A stretch of 64,000 bases of DNA from Bryobacteraceae bacterium (GTDB lineage: Bacteria; Acidobacteriota; Terriglobia; Bryobacterales; Bryobacteraceae): assembly GCA_963833675.1 (NCBI GenBank), contig CAWHYW010000006.1, positions 21,364 through 85,363 on the forward strand. The letters are read 5' to 3'. The position numbers and the translations under genes were made by a program. The notes beneath the pieces are model-generated. The model was not told where the DNA came from and ran no database searches. It was given only the letters and a program-made list of their open reading frames with translations. Below are positions 37,938-48,571 of the stretch, one piece after another (within the stretch, counting starts at the first letter, position 1; the number at the start of each line of letters is the position of its first letter).

Positions 37938-39854
37938 CCTGCTGTTCATCTCGTCTCTGCTCGGCACAGACGGTACTCGTCCTGACGGATGAGCCTGGCG
38001 CATGGCCGGCCATCTTCGATTCGGTTGGTATCTCAGTACGGCAGACCTCCGATATTCCGGCGGCGACTGCAATCGCGCAGGTAAAAAATGGCGCGTTCGG
38101 TATTCTCGAAGGCGTCATCTGCAACCGCCGAATCGCTTGGGATCAAACCGGGAGCCAAGAACGTGTGCGTGTCCGCAGTGTCATTGATGAGCGTGCGCCT
38201 AAGCTTGGCATCATCTGGGAAAAAGCTCAGGAGTTGCCGGTCTATGAACTGCCGTCCGACGCAAAGGTGTTCGCAAAAGAGCGTTGGACCGGAGCGCCGC
38301 TTATGGCGGGATTTCGCCGCGGCAACGGCGCAATACTCTGGGTCGCAACAAGACCCGGCGCTCGTGGATACGAGCGATTTCCTTACGTCTTGCAGGCCTT
38401 GACAGACTTGGGTCTGCAGCCGCCACTGCGATCAAACCGGATCTGGGCATTCTTTGATTCGTCCTACCGAATGCGTGTTGACGTGGATTATTTTGCCGAA
38501 CGTTGGCGAAAAGGCGGTGTGGCAGCGCTCCACGTCGCCGCTTGGCATTACAGCGAACCTGATGCCGAGCGCGACGAGTATCTGAAGAAGTTGATCCAGG
38601 CGTGTCATAAGCGAGCGATCCAGGTGTACGCCTGGCTTGAATTGCCGCATGTCGGCGAGAAGTTCTGGCAGGATCATCCGGAATGGCGCGAGAAAACGGC
38701 GCTGCTGCAGGATGCGCATCTCGATTGGCGCAAGCTGATGAACCTGCAGAATCCGGATTGCTTTCGCGCTGTTGCCGATTCGACACAGAAGCTCATTCAG
38801 CGCTTCGACTGGGATGGCGTGAATCTGGCTGAGTTGTACTTCGAGTCGCTCGAAGGCGTCGCGAACGCGGCCCGCTTTACACCAATGAATGATGACGTGC
38901 GTGCCGCATACGGCGCGTTGGCAGGCATCGATCCTTACACGCTCTTTCAGATCGAAGTCGGAGACGCGCCAAATGGACCTGTTCCTCGATTGGCGCGCGG
39001 CGCTGGCGAAGGCGATGCAGTCGCAATGGCTCGGCGAAATCGAGCGCGCTCGTAAGTCGAAGCCGGATCTCGATATCGTTCTGACACACGTGGACGACCG
39101 GTTCGACACGCGCATGCGACAACTCGTCGGAGCGGATGCGGCGGCAGTCCTGCCGATGCTCGGTCAGCACGACTTTCAGTTTCTTATCGAAGACCCGGCA
39201 ACCGTTTGGCACCTTGGACCCGACCGTTACTCTGAGATCGCCAAGCGCTACGCCGAACTGACGCCCAAACGCGACAAGCTCGCTATCGACATTAACATCG
39301 TCGAGCGATATCAGGATGTGTATCCGACGAAGCAACAAACCGGCGTCGAATTGTTTCAGCTAGTGCAGGTCGCATCACGAGCATTCCAGCGTGTGGCGTT
39401 GTACTTCGAAAACTCGATCGCCAAAACGGATTGGCCGCTGTTACCGGCGGCCGGCGCTGTCACGAAGCGATACCAGAGATCGGGTGAGAAGCTGATCGTC
39501 GAGTGCCCGCAAGGGCTCGGTGTGGCATGGCAGGGCGGAGTCAAAGTGAACGGACGTCCGTGGCCGGTAAGCGACGGGAAGACGGTATGGCTACCGGCCG
39601 GATCGTTCGTGCTCGAGCCTTCGGACGCTGTTAATGGCCGCATCCTCGATTTCAACGGCGACTTGCAGACGGCGGCGATCAGCGCGCGGGGCGTTGATCT
39701 CTCCTATCAAAGTGGAAGCCGGGCGCTAGCAGTGCTTAACAGGAGTGTTCGGAAGTTAGAGATCGATGGCCAGCAGGCGACCCCTGTGATGGTTGGCGAA
39801 AATGTCTTAGCTCTGCCGCGCGGCCAGCATCTTGTCTCGATCGAAATGGATTAG
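37921..39854 (+). pseudogene. Secreted TIM-barrel glycoside-hydrolase-like (GHL) protein, frame broken twice
   Basis: ATG 37921 overlaps the end of the preceding gene. The signal peptide MRLAISLLFISSLL shifts frame near 37960-37965. The core reads FFDSSYR...AALHVAAWHY...IQVYAWLELPHVGEKFWQDHPEWREK...NPDCFRAV...DWDGVNLAELYFES. The second break is near 38945-38975. The family assignment is approximate. Confidence 0.55.
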
Positions 39855-39883
39855 CCATTTCGTCACTCATATCCTGGTAAGGA

Positions 39884-40603
39884 ATGAGTGTTTTGACTTT
39901 GGTACGCCATGGACAGGCGTCGTACATGGCGGAAGATTACGATCGGCTCTCCCCACTCGGTGAGGAGCAGGCGCGCAAGCTGGGCGAATTTTGGGTGCGG
40001 CATCGCATCCAATTCGACCTTTGTTTTCATGGTCCGGCTAGACGCCACAAACAAACCTTGGAGATCGCATCGGATTATGTTCGGAAGGCCGGTTTGTCCT
40101 GGCCGGATAGCGAGATGGTTCCGGAGTTGGACGAGTTTGACGCGTTCCGCATGATGCAGATGCTTACACCGAAGTTGGTGAAGTCCGATCCCGAGGTGCG
40201 CCGGTTGAGCGAAGTCTTCGAAGCAAACCGGCATACACCCGAAGCGGGACGCTTGCTTCAAAAGCTGTTCGAGGCCGTGTCCCGGAATTGGTGCAGCGGA
40301 GCTCACGATACGCCGGAACTGGAATCCTGGACGCAGTTCCGGACGCGAATTCAGACCGGCATCGATCGAATCCGGAAGATGTCGGAACAGAGCCGAAATG
40401 TGGTAGCCATCTCCTCGGGCGGTCCCATCGCAGCCACGGTCGCTCATGTACTGGACCTGGCTCCGGCGACCGCGATTGAGTTTGTATGGTTGTCTCGCAA
40501 TGGATCGTTTTCGGAATTCCTTTTTTCAGGGGAACGATTCTCGATGCATTCGTTCAACTCGATTCCGCACTTGGATGACCGGAGTTTGCTGACATACCGA
40601 TGA
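39884..40603 (+). CDS. Histidine phosphatase (phosphoglycerate-mutase-like) family protein
   Basis: LTLVRHGQAS (RHG motif). 239 aa. ATGA overlap with rlmH. Confidence 0.85.
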   Translation: MSVLTLVRHGQASYMAEDYDRLSPLGEEQARKLGEFWVRHRIQFDLCFHGPARRHKQTLEIASDYVRKAGLSWPDSEMVPELDEFDAFRMMQMLTPKLVKSDPEVRRLSEVFEANRHTPEAGRLLQKLFEAVSRNWCSGAHDTPELESWTQFRTRIQTGIDRIRKMSEQSRNVVAISSGGPIAATVAHVLDLAPATAIEFVWLSRNGSFSEFLFSGERFSMHSFNSIPHLDDRSLLTYR

Positions 40604-41019
40604 AGGTCTGGCTGTATTACATCGGCAAGGCGCGGGATGCTGCTTCGAACGCGATTGCGGCGGAGTTCGTGAAGCGCAGTTCGCGCTACGTGGCTTGCGA
40701 GATGCGCGAAATCCACCCGGACCGTTTCGATCTGTGGAGCAGGCATTCCGCGGCGAACAAGGTGCTTCTGGACCCCGCGGGCAAGCAACTGACTTCGGCG
40801 CAGTTCGTCGATCTCATCGCCAAGGGTGAGATGGAAGGACGCGATCAGGTATTCGTCATCGGCGGTCATGACGGACTTCCGCCAGGATGGGCGGCGCGGG
40901 CGGATCAGCTTCTCTCTTTGTCCGCAATGACTTTTCCGCACGAGCTTGCGCGGGCGATGCTCGCAGAACAGATCTACCGGGCCTTCACGACCCTGCGCGG
41001 ACATCCGTATCCGCGGTAA
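40600..41019 (+). CDS. rlmH: 23S rRNA (pseudouridine1915-N3)-methyltransferase RlmH
   Basis: SPOUT-type 139-aa protein: MKVWLYYIGK...VFVIGGHDGL...LSLSAMTFPHELARAMLAEQIYRA. Confidence 0.88.
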   Translation: MKVWLYYIGKARDAASNAIAAEFVKRSSRYVACEMREIHPDRFDLWSRHSAANKVLLDPAGKQLTSAQFVDLIAKGEMEGRDQVFVIGGHDGLPPGWAARADQLLSLSAMTFPHELARAMLAEQIYRAFTTLRGHPYPR

Positions 41020-42099
41020 GCGGGAGATTGGCTTTCGCCGCCAGGTCCCAACCCGCAAATTGCCTGCGCTTCGAGTTTTCGAAAAGCAGCCGCTGCAATC
41101 ATCGCGGCATTATCCGTCGAGAGACCGGGTGTTGGGAAACAAGATGCGCGCCCCAAGGCGCTCTCGTGCGGACGCTTCACGCAAGCCGGCATTGCAGGCG
41201 ACACCACCGGAGATGATGATGGATCGCGCATTCGTGGTCTCGGCCGAAGATCGAATGCGCCGGAGCAGCTCTTCGATCACGGTCCGTTGAAACGAGGCGA
41301 TCAGGTCGAGAGTTGCCTGGGGAGTAACTTTGAGCCATTCTTCGACAGACGGTCGTGAATTGTTTCGAAGCAACTCGCGTCGAGACGCGATTTCGGCTTC
41401 CATGTCGCGCTGCTCAAACCAGCGAAGGACTGCGGTCTTCAAACCGCTGAAGCTGAAGTCGGTAGCATTACCCTTGATTTTGGCGATCGTGAACTTCACA
41501 GCTCGTCCATCACCGTACGGAGCGAGCTTGTCGAGAACGGGACCGCCCGGATATCCGAAGCCGAGCAGTTTCGCCACCTTGTCGTAAGCTTCCCCTGCAG
41601 CATCATCGCGAGTCTTGCCGAGTAAACGGTAACGGTAGCCTTCTGCAACTTCGAATAGATGTGTATGGCCGCCGCTCGCAACCAGGGCGAGCGCGGGCAG
41701 TTCGACCGGATCGCCACTCTGACGCGCCTCCATGATGACCGCGTGGATGTGGCCTTCGACGTGGTTCACGCCGATAAGAGGAAGCTTCGCGGCAAAGCAG
41801 AGCGCCTTCGCATACGTAATCCCGACGAGAAGCGATCCAACTAACCCGGGGCCTTCCGTTACGGCAATCGCATCCATATCGGAAAGGGCGAGCCCGGTCT
41901 GTCCTATGGCTCGACGGACGACGGGAACGATGGCGCGGAGGTGCTCCCGCGACGCAAGTTCAGGGACAACACCGCCGTACTTACCATGCGTGTCGAGCTG
42001 AGATGCTACTACTGAAGAGAGCACACGCTCGCCGTCTTCCACCACGGCAGCCGCGGTTTCGTCACATGAGGACTCGATAGCGAGTATGCGGGCCACCAC
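40985..42099 (-). CDS. tsaD: tRNA N6-adenosine threonylcarbamoyltransferase TsaD (two frame breaks in the C-terminal ~45 codons)
   Basis: [38 protein letters not shown]. After ...ILFP the conserved [14 protein letters not shown] lies in another frame (extra nt at 41134-41136). A further shift near 41055-41065 gives ...[15 protein letters not shown]... with stop TGA 40985-40987. As sequenced, the ORF ends at 41110. Confidence 0.9.
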
Positions 42100-42115
42100 T
42101 GCTATTCTATCGGGC

Positions 42116-43127
42116 GTGCGCGTCGCGGACTTCGATTATGAGCTGCCGCCGGAACTCATTGCGCAAGAGCCCCTCACGGATCGGGCCTCCTCCCGGATGC
42201 TGGTTCTGCATCGCGGAGGAAGGCCGATGGGAGGATCGGAGCTTTCGGGATTTGCCCGAGTACCTTCACGCCGGCGATTGCCTGATCCTGAATAACTCGC
42301 GCGTGTTCCCGTCGCGTCTCTTCGCGACTCGCTCGTCCGGAACGGCGCGGATCGAAGTCTTCTTGCTGAAAACTGTATCGGAGGACGGCCGGTCCTGGCA
42401 AACGCTCGTGAGGCCAGGGCGCAAAGTTGCGGTCGGAGACCAACTTCGCTTCTCCGACGTACTCAGCGCTGAAGTGCTCGACCGCGGAGATCATGGAGAA
42501 CGCACGATACGCTTCGCGGGGGAATGCGATCTGCTGGAAGAAGTCGAGCGGATCGGGCACGTGCCGCTGCCGCCTTACATACGGCGTGAGGATCGCGTAG
42601 AGGATCGAAGCCGCTATCAAACCGTCTACGCGGAACAGACTGGTTCGGTTGCGGCCCCTACCGCCGGCCTGCACTTCACGCCCGATGTCCTGAATCGCTG
42701 CCGGGCGGCCGGAGCGGATATCGCTTGCGTGACCTTGCATGTCGGGCTGGGCACCTTCGCTCCGCTGCATGTCGAAACCTTAGATGAAGTGAAGCTGCAT
42801 TTTGAGCGATTCTCTGTCACAAGAGAGGCGCTTGAAACGGCACAGCGAGCCAGGCGCCGCATTGCGGTAGGCACTACAAGCGTGCGCACGATCGAGACAG
42901 CATACACGAGAGGCGTCCTAGCGGGCGAGACAGATCTGTTCATTCGCCCTGGCTACAAGTTTCGCGCCGTGAATGCGCTGGTGACCAATTTTCATTTGCC
43001 GCAATCCAGCTTGCTGATGCTGGTATGCGCGTTCGCGGGAACCGAGTTCGCGATGGCCGCTTATCGACACGCCGTCGAGCATCGATACCGATTCTTTTCC
43101 TATGGCGATTGCATGCTGATCCTATGA
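42116..43127 (+). pseudogene. queA: S-adenosylmethionine:tRNA ribosyltransferase-isomerase QueA, one frame break
   Basis: GTG 42116 gives [33 protein letters not shown], then a frame change (extra nt near 42214-42217) into EEGRWEDRSFRDLPEYLHAGDCLILNNSRVFPSRL...VPLPPYI...NFHLPQSSLLMLV. Confidence 0.9.
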
Positions 43128-43987
43128 CCTGGCACGATATTCGCGATCCGCAAGATCCGCTGCTCGACGAACTCGCGCGGCAATATAATCTTCATCCGCT
43201 GCATATCGAGGACTGCCGGAATCGCAACCAGGCCGCGAAGATCGAGCCGATGAATGATTACCTATTCATCGTTCTTAAACCCGTAGATTTGAAAGAGGAC
43301 CATACTCTTCAAATAGCCGATCTCGACTTCTTCATCGGCAAGGACTGGATCATCACGGTACAGGAGCATCAATGTCAGAACGCGACCGATTCGTTGAACA
43401 AGGTGAAGCAGACCCCGAATCTTCGTCCGGATGAGATTTTCTATCGCGTGATGGACAACATCGTGGATGCGTATGAGCCCATCCTTGACCGCGCGAGCGA
43501 TCGGATCGATGAGATGGAGGATCTCGCCCTCGCGAATCCGGACCCGTCAATGCTGGAAGACGTATTTGATTTGAAAAGGGTTTTGATTCAGCTACGCCGT
43601 TTGCTCGCTAATACTCGCGACGTCGTGGGCCATCTGCTAAGAAACGAGTTTCCACTCGTTCGCCAGGAGTTGGCGCCCTTTCTCCGGGATGTATACGATC
43701 ACCTGGTTCGCAACCTCGATTTGATCGAGATTCATCGCGACCTGTTGACGGGCACTACGGAGCTCTATCTGTCGAGTGTTGCGAATCGGACGAATCAAGT
43801 GATGAAGGTTCTCACGGTATTTGGCACGATCGCTACGCCGGCGCTGGTCATCACGGGACTATACGGGATGAACCTTAAATATCTTCCCTTTATCGAGTCC
43901 CCTCACTCCTGGGCCATCGTGATCGGCATGATCGTTCTGGTATCTGTGCTTGTGCTGGCCGTATTAAAACGCTGGAGAATGCTTTGA
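43124..43987 (+). CDS. corA: Magnesium/cobalt transporter CorA
   Basis: ATG 43124 overlaps the queA stop (ATGA). YGMNLKYLP (GMN motif), two C-terminal TM helices, ends KRWRML. Confidence 0.9.
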   Translation: MTWHDIRDPQDPLLDELARQYNLHPLHIEDCRNRNQAAKIEPMNDYLFIVLKPVDLKEDHTLQIADLDFFIGKDWIITVQEHQCQNATDSLNKVKQTPNLRPDEIFYRVMDNIVDAYEPILDRASDRIDEMEDLALANPDPSMLEDVFDLKRVLIQLRRLLANTRDVVGHLLRNEFPLVRQELAPFLRDVYDHLVRNLDLIEIHRDLLTGTTELYLSSVANRTNQVMKVLTVFGTIATPALVITGLYGMNLKYLPFIESPHSWAIVIGMIVLVSVLVLAVLKRWRML

Positions 43988-45465
43988 GCGAATTGCGGCT
44001 TGCTCACGGGCGTTCCCACGATCATCGTTAAATCAGCGATTAGCTTTAGCAACCTTACCGTGCTATCGGGATCGATCTTGTCCCAAGTGTCGGTGGGCCG
44101 ATGATAGTCGGCGTGCAGGCCGGAGAAGAAAAATAATGTCGGTACCTGTCTTGCCTTGAACGACGTGTGATCGCTCGAACCATAAACCGAGGTGTCGCTC
44201 AGATCGAGATCGAGATCGTGTTGTGGCCCGAGTGTCTGGAGTATCCGGCGGAACCGGCTTCCCTCAGGAGCGCCTCCGACCATTACCTTGCGGTCTCGAA
44301 TGCGGCCGATCATGTCCATGTTGATCATCAGGGACGCGCGATTCAGTGGCAGCAAAGGATTATTGACGTAATAAGTTGAACCCAGCAGTCCCAGTTCCTC
44401 ACCGGCAAAAGCAATGAACAGGATGCCACGAGCCGGTTTCGAATGAGAACTGAAGTATCGGGCTAGCGCCAGAACGCCGGCCGCGCCGGACGCGTTGTCG
44501 TCCGCTCCCGGATGAATCGTGCCCGCCTTCTCGGGAGCGAGCGAATATTGCTCGCCCAAACCAAGATGGTCGTAATGAGCACCGATGATCACGTACTCGT
44601 CGGTTGCGCCCGGTATGTAACCAACCACATTGCTGACATCGCGCGACGTATGCCGCACGTCCGTGTCCAATTCAACAATCAGGTCTTGCGGCAGTTCGAA
44701 CGATCGCGATGATAACGTTCGATCGATCTCTTCCTGTGTGGCCTTGAAGTTCTTCCCGGCCGAGAAGAACCAGCGATCGATATGCTCACTCGAAATTTGT
44801 ACGAATGGAATGCCGCTATCTGCCGGTCCGGGAAGACTGACGAACTTCTCCAGCAGATCAGACCCGTGGTTCGCTGTGTCGTTGACGTACAGAATGCCGA
44901 TAGCCCCGTGCGCGCGGGCATTCAGGGCCTTGCTGAGCAGCTGTGAGTGCTCGGTATAGACACGACCTTCAAAGATACTGTTGTTCTCGAACTCTTGTGG
45001 CTCGTGCTTTAGGAGAAGGACTATTTTGTCTCGCGCATCGATGCCGGCGTAATCGTCGTAATTGTATTCAGGGGCCGTAATTCCGTACCCTGCGAACACG
45101 ACCTTGCCACGGATGCTTGCAGAGCCGGAGAGACTGAATGGAGTGAAGTTTTCTCCGACGGTTAATTCCGTCAAGTGGCCATTGAGCGTATAAGCGAACC
45201 GGTTTTTCTCACCCAGGCCGGCTTTCACGGAAACGGCAAAAGGCTGGAGATAACTCCCACGAACCAGCGGACGAAGACCAGCCTTATGGAACTCCTTGGC
45301 AAGATATTGAGCAGCCTTGTCGAGCTCGGGGCGCCGGAGCGCGCGGCCTTTTAGTTGCTTCGAGGAGAGGTATTTGATGTCGGCGATGTACCTGTGAGCA
45401 TCGATATCACCGAAGCCGAAGAGACAGCCTGCGAGCAGCGCAAGCAGAGTGATGCTGCGCCGCAT
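43903..45465 (-). CDS. M28-family aminopeptidase with PA domain
   Basis: Signal peptide, HYDHLG, GADDNASGAAGVLALARYF, FAGEELGLLGS. The last ~28 codons overlap the corA 3' end by 85 nt, so the true stop may be masked by an indel. Confidence 0.85.
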   Translation of the reverse strand: MRRSITLLALLAGCLFGFGDIDAHRYIADIKYLSSKQLKGRALRRPELDKAAQYLAKEFHKAGLRPLVRGSYLQPFAVSVKAGLGEKNRFAYTLNGHLTELTVGENFTPFSLSGSASIRGKVVFAGYGITAPEYNYDDYAGIDARDKIVLLLKHEPQEFENNSIFEGRVYTEHSQLLSKALNARAHGAIGILYVNDTANHGSDLLEKFVSLPGPADSGIPFVQISSEHIDRWFFSAGKNFKATQEEIDRTLSSRSFELPQDLIVELDTDVRHTSRDVSNVVGYIPGATDEYVIIGAHYDHLGLGEQYSLAPEKAGTIHPGADDNASGAAGVLALARYFSSHSKPARGILFIAFAGEELGLLGSTYYVNNPLLPLNRASLMINMDMIGRIRDRKVMVGGAPEGSRFRRILQTLGPQHDLDLDLSDTSVYGSSDHTSFKARQVPTLFFFSGLHADYHRPTDTWDKIDPDSTVRLLKLIADLTMIVGTPVSKPQFAQSILQRFNTASTSTDTRTIMPITMAQE

Positions 45466-46418
45466 TATTTCGTCGTAAGCGGAGTAGGTAGAGTCACCTC
45501 ACAGCACTTCTCTCCACCGCCGTGAGTTTTTTGATATTCGATCTCGTGATCGATGATCTGCTTCAGTTGCGGCCACGGTAGATTTCCGACGAGTCGTCTG
45601 CCGTTGACAAACAGCGTTGGGGTTGAGTTGATTCCCAGCATTCTTCCTTCGGCCTGCGATTTGGTGATCTCGGCTTCCGTGGTCTTATTGTCGATGCAGG
45701 CGGCAAATTGAATGGGCTCGATCGCTTTCGTTTTTGCCCATTCCGTGACTTTTTCCTTCAGGTTCTCCAAATTGATTTCGCCCTGATGCTCAAAGATCCA
45801 ATCGTGGAAATCCCAGAAAGCGGCGGGCTTCTGACGGAAGACACAACGTCCGGCGATGGCCGCCGGCTTGGCCCAGGGATGAATGGGCTCTAATGGGAAG
45901 TCCTTGAAGTAAACACGCACCTGGGTCGGAAAGGTAGACGCGACATTCTGGCGGATAATTTTGGCTTCTTCCTTGCAGTAACTGCACTGGAAGTCGCTGA
46001 ACATCACGATGACAACCGGAGCTCCGGGCTCGCCGAAACTCGGCTGCAGATCGGTGTTGAGCTTTTCCTTGTCGGCGTCAAACGGATTTTTCGCAATGTC
46101 GTAGACAACGCCCCTGATGATCCGATGGCCATCGTTCGAGATGTAGAAAGTTTCTTCCTGGGTGGCAGGACCGGCGCTTCCGGTCACGACCACTTCCTTG
46201 AACCCTGGAAGATCCGTCGAAGGCTTGGGATCACCCACGGAAACGCTTATTTGCGGTCCCCAGACATAAAGATGCCGGACGTACTGCTCCATTGTGGATT
46301 TGTCAAACGCGGTTGGAGCGGAAGGCTTTTGCGCAATCGCACAACTGACACACCACAACACTGCTGCGCAAGGCAGCGCATAAAAGCGCATATATAGACA
46401 GTGTAACCCTGAATCCAT
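45465..46418 (-). CDS. Secreted DsbA-like thiol:disulfide oxidoreductase
   Basis: FSDFQCSYCKEE (CxxC), thioredoxin fold. The probable start is ATG 46391 (MRFYALPCAAVLW). TAATG stop/start overlap with the M28 gene. Confidence 0.82.
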   Translation of the reverse strand: MDSGLHCLYMRFYALPCAAVLWCVSCAIAQKPSAPTAFDKSTMEQYVRHLYVWGPQISVSVGDPKPSTDLPGFKEVVVTGSAGPATQEETFYISNDGHRIIRGVVYDIAKNPFDADKEKLNTDLQPSFGEPGAPVVIVMFSDFQCSYCKEEAKIIRQNVASTFPTQVRVYFKDFPLEPIHPWAKPAAIAGRCVFRQKPAAFWDFHDWIFEHQGEINLENLKEKVTEWAKTKAIEPIQFAACIDNKTTEAEITKSQAEGRMLGINSTPTLFVNGRRLVGNLPWPQLKQIIDHEIEYQKTHGGGEKCCEVTLPTPLTTK

Positions 46419-46435
46419 ACAATGGACGCTGACTT

Positions 46436-47410
46436 ATGAGACTCGTTCAATACCTTGAAGATGCGCTGCGGCGGCGGGTAGCTCTGGTAGACGGCGATCG
46501 ATTGGTTCCTGTCGCGGGGTTCGATTCGGTCTATTCCCTGGCATTTAACGCAATAGATACGAGCAAGCCGTTGCGCGAGGTGGTGGAACGAAACTTATCC
46601 CGCGAGTCGATCGCGTACTCCGATGAGTTGATGTACCTGCCCTCGTTCGATCATCCCCAGGAGCGTGCTCGCTGTCTGGTGAGCGGTACGGGCTTGACCC
46701 ATAGACAAAGCGCGCAAACCCGGAACTCGATGCACACTGGAGCGCAAGCCGTTACTGACTCGATGCGCATGTACGAATGGGGAGTGGAAGGCGGTAGACC
46801 TGAGCCGGGAAAGATCGGGGCGCAACCGGAGTGGTTTTACAAAGGAAACGGCGGAATTCTTCGAGGACACAACGATACTCTCGACGTGCCTCCGTATGCG
46901 GATGATGGGGGCGACGAATCGGAAATCGCGGGATGCTACGTGATCGACTGGACAGGAGCGCCCAGGAGAGTCGGACTGACCATGGGCAATGAATTCTCCG
47001 ATCACGTGATGGAGCGGAAAAATTATCTCTATCTCGCACCGTCAAAACTTCGGCAGTGCTCGATCGGGCCGGAGTTGGTGATCGACCCGGATTTTGAGAG
47101 CATCACAGGACTCGCCCGAATCGAGCGTGCCGGCAAGGAGATTTGGAGGAAGGAACTCGCGACCGGCGCCGACCATATGTGCCACTCGCTCGCGAACATG
47201 GAGCACCATCATTTCAAGTATCCGGCGCACCGGCAGCCTGGAGACGTGCATATTCATTTCTTCGGCGCCGGAGCGTTCAGCTTCGGCCAGGTAACGCTTG
47301 AAGATGGCGACGTTATGGAGATTGCGTTCGATGGCTTTGGCCGCCCGCTGCGCAATGAATTACGTCTTGACGGTGCTCCGAACGATCTTGTGCAGGTCAC
47401 AGCTCTCTAG
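46436..47410 (+). CDS. AraD1/GguC-type fumarylacetoacetate-hydrolase-family protein
   Basis: GTGLTH, EWFYKGNGGILRGH, GNEFSDHVMERKNYLYLAPSKLR. 324 aa. Confidence 0.7.
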   Translation: MRLVQYLEDALRRRVALVDGDRLVPVAGFDSVYSLAFNAIDTSKPLREVVERNLSRESIAYSDELMYLPSFDHPQERARCLVSGTGLTHRQSAQTRNSMHTGAQAVTDSMRMYEWGVEGGRPEPGKIGAQPEWFYKGNGGILRGHNDTLDVPPYADDGGDESEIAGCYVIDWTGAPRRVGLTMGNEFSDHVMERKNYLYLAPSKLRQCSIGPELVIDPDFESITGLARIERAGKEIWRKELATGADHMCHSLANMEHHHFKYPAHRQPGDVHIHFFGAGAFSFGQVTLEDGDVMEIAFDGFGRPLRNELRLDGAPNDLVQVTAL

Positions 47411-47424
47411 GAAAGAACAGTCTC

Positions 47425-48166
47425 ATGCGACAACTCGTCGTAGTTCTGGTCGCTGGTGCGGTCCTGTTCGCGGAGCGGAGACCCGGGAGCCCACTCGACC
47501 ATCTTCCGAAGAACATGGAGATGCTCACTCACTTCGGGGAACGCGCCGATTATTCGCCCGACAACCAGCGCATCGCGTTTATGGCAAAAAGCTTCGGCGA
47601 CGCCTTCGCCGTAGACCTGAAAACCCGCACTATTCGATGCCTCACCTGCAGTGTGCCCGGAGCTGCATTCCTCAGAGTGATGCATTTATCCGACGGCAAC
47701 TTTATGCTGATCGGTCCCGAGCGTTTTAGCGATATTCGGACGAGTCGTAGTCGCGACAACGAGCTCTGGTTTTTGAGTAAAGAAGCCGGATCGAAGCCTG
47801 TGAAGCTCGGTCAGAAAATGAGTGAGGGAGCGGCGATCTCGAAGAAGAACCTTCGAATTGCCTGGTCCGAAACGAATGCTCAATTCCCTGAGCTCGCTCG
47901 CGACTATTCGCGATTGGTCGTCGCTGACTTCGAGTACTCCGGAAATGTTCCAAAAATCGTTCGCCAGAGGACCGTCTATGAGAGCAAGGACGCAAAGTGC
48001 CGGATCGAAGCGCAGGATTTTTACGAGCTTCAACGATTACGAAGGGTGGAAAGCATCCAACCCCGTGGTGTCCACCGACGGCCGCAACATCGCGTTTCAG
48101 ATTGCCCACACAGTAGACGAGGCGGGTGTGGGATACGGAATCGTCATTATGAAGATACTACGCTAA
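47425..48166 (+). pseudogene. TolB-like (PD40 beta-propeller repeat) secreted protein, one frame break
   Basis: DYSPDNQRIAFMA ... then after CRIEAQDF the T5 run at 48018-48022 shifts frame. The repaired tail TSFNDYEGWKASNPVVSTDGRNIAFQIAH...VIMKILR stops at TAA 48164-48166. As sequenced, the ORF runs on to 48267. Confidence 0.65.
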
Positions 48167-48187
48167 ATCGGTATACCCACCGGGGGT

Positions 48188-48559
48188 ATGATGGTGTTGA
48201 TGTCCAACACGGGAACGAATCGGGCAGCCATCGCTTCGTGTGGATGCGGCTGCTCCGATACGAGTGAGCGCCATGCGGTCAGTGTCGACCCCGAAATCAA
48301 GGCTGCAAATATCAAACGTCTGCGGCGGATTGAGGGTCAAGTGCGCGGGTTGCAGAAGATGGTCGAAGAAGACCGTTACTGCGCGGACATCATGATTCAG
48401 ATTTCAGCCGTGCAGGAGGCGCTCCGGACCGTCGGACGTGCTCTCATGCGCAATCATTTGAAGCATTGCGCGACCCAGGCGATCGCGCATGGTACGCCCG
48501 AAGAAGCTCAGGGAATGTACGATGAGCTTCTTGACTTGATTTACAAGCACTCACGATAG
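48188..48559 (+). CDS. csoR: CsoR/RcnR-family metal-sensing transcriptional repressor
   Basis: KRLRRIEGQVRGLQKMVEEDRYCADIMIQISAVQEAL...NHLKHC has C...H-x3-C, a Cu(I)-type ligand pattern. The N-terminal ~35-aa extension contains CGCGC. Confidence 0.85.
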   Translation: MMVLMSNTGTNRAAIASCGCGCSDTSERHAVSVDPEIKAANIKRLRRIEGQVRGLQKMVEEDRYCADIMIQISAVQEALRTVGRALMRNHLKHCATQAIAHGTPEEAQGMYDELLDLIYKHSR

Positions 48560-48571
48560 CGCCGCCGTCCC

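Noticed and set aside
43903-43987. The 85-nt corA/M28 overlap as a functional antisense or fusion feature
   Set aside because: Given the contig-wide indel problem, a missed stop in the M28 gene is more likely. I could not locate the exact site, so I make no claim.
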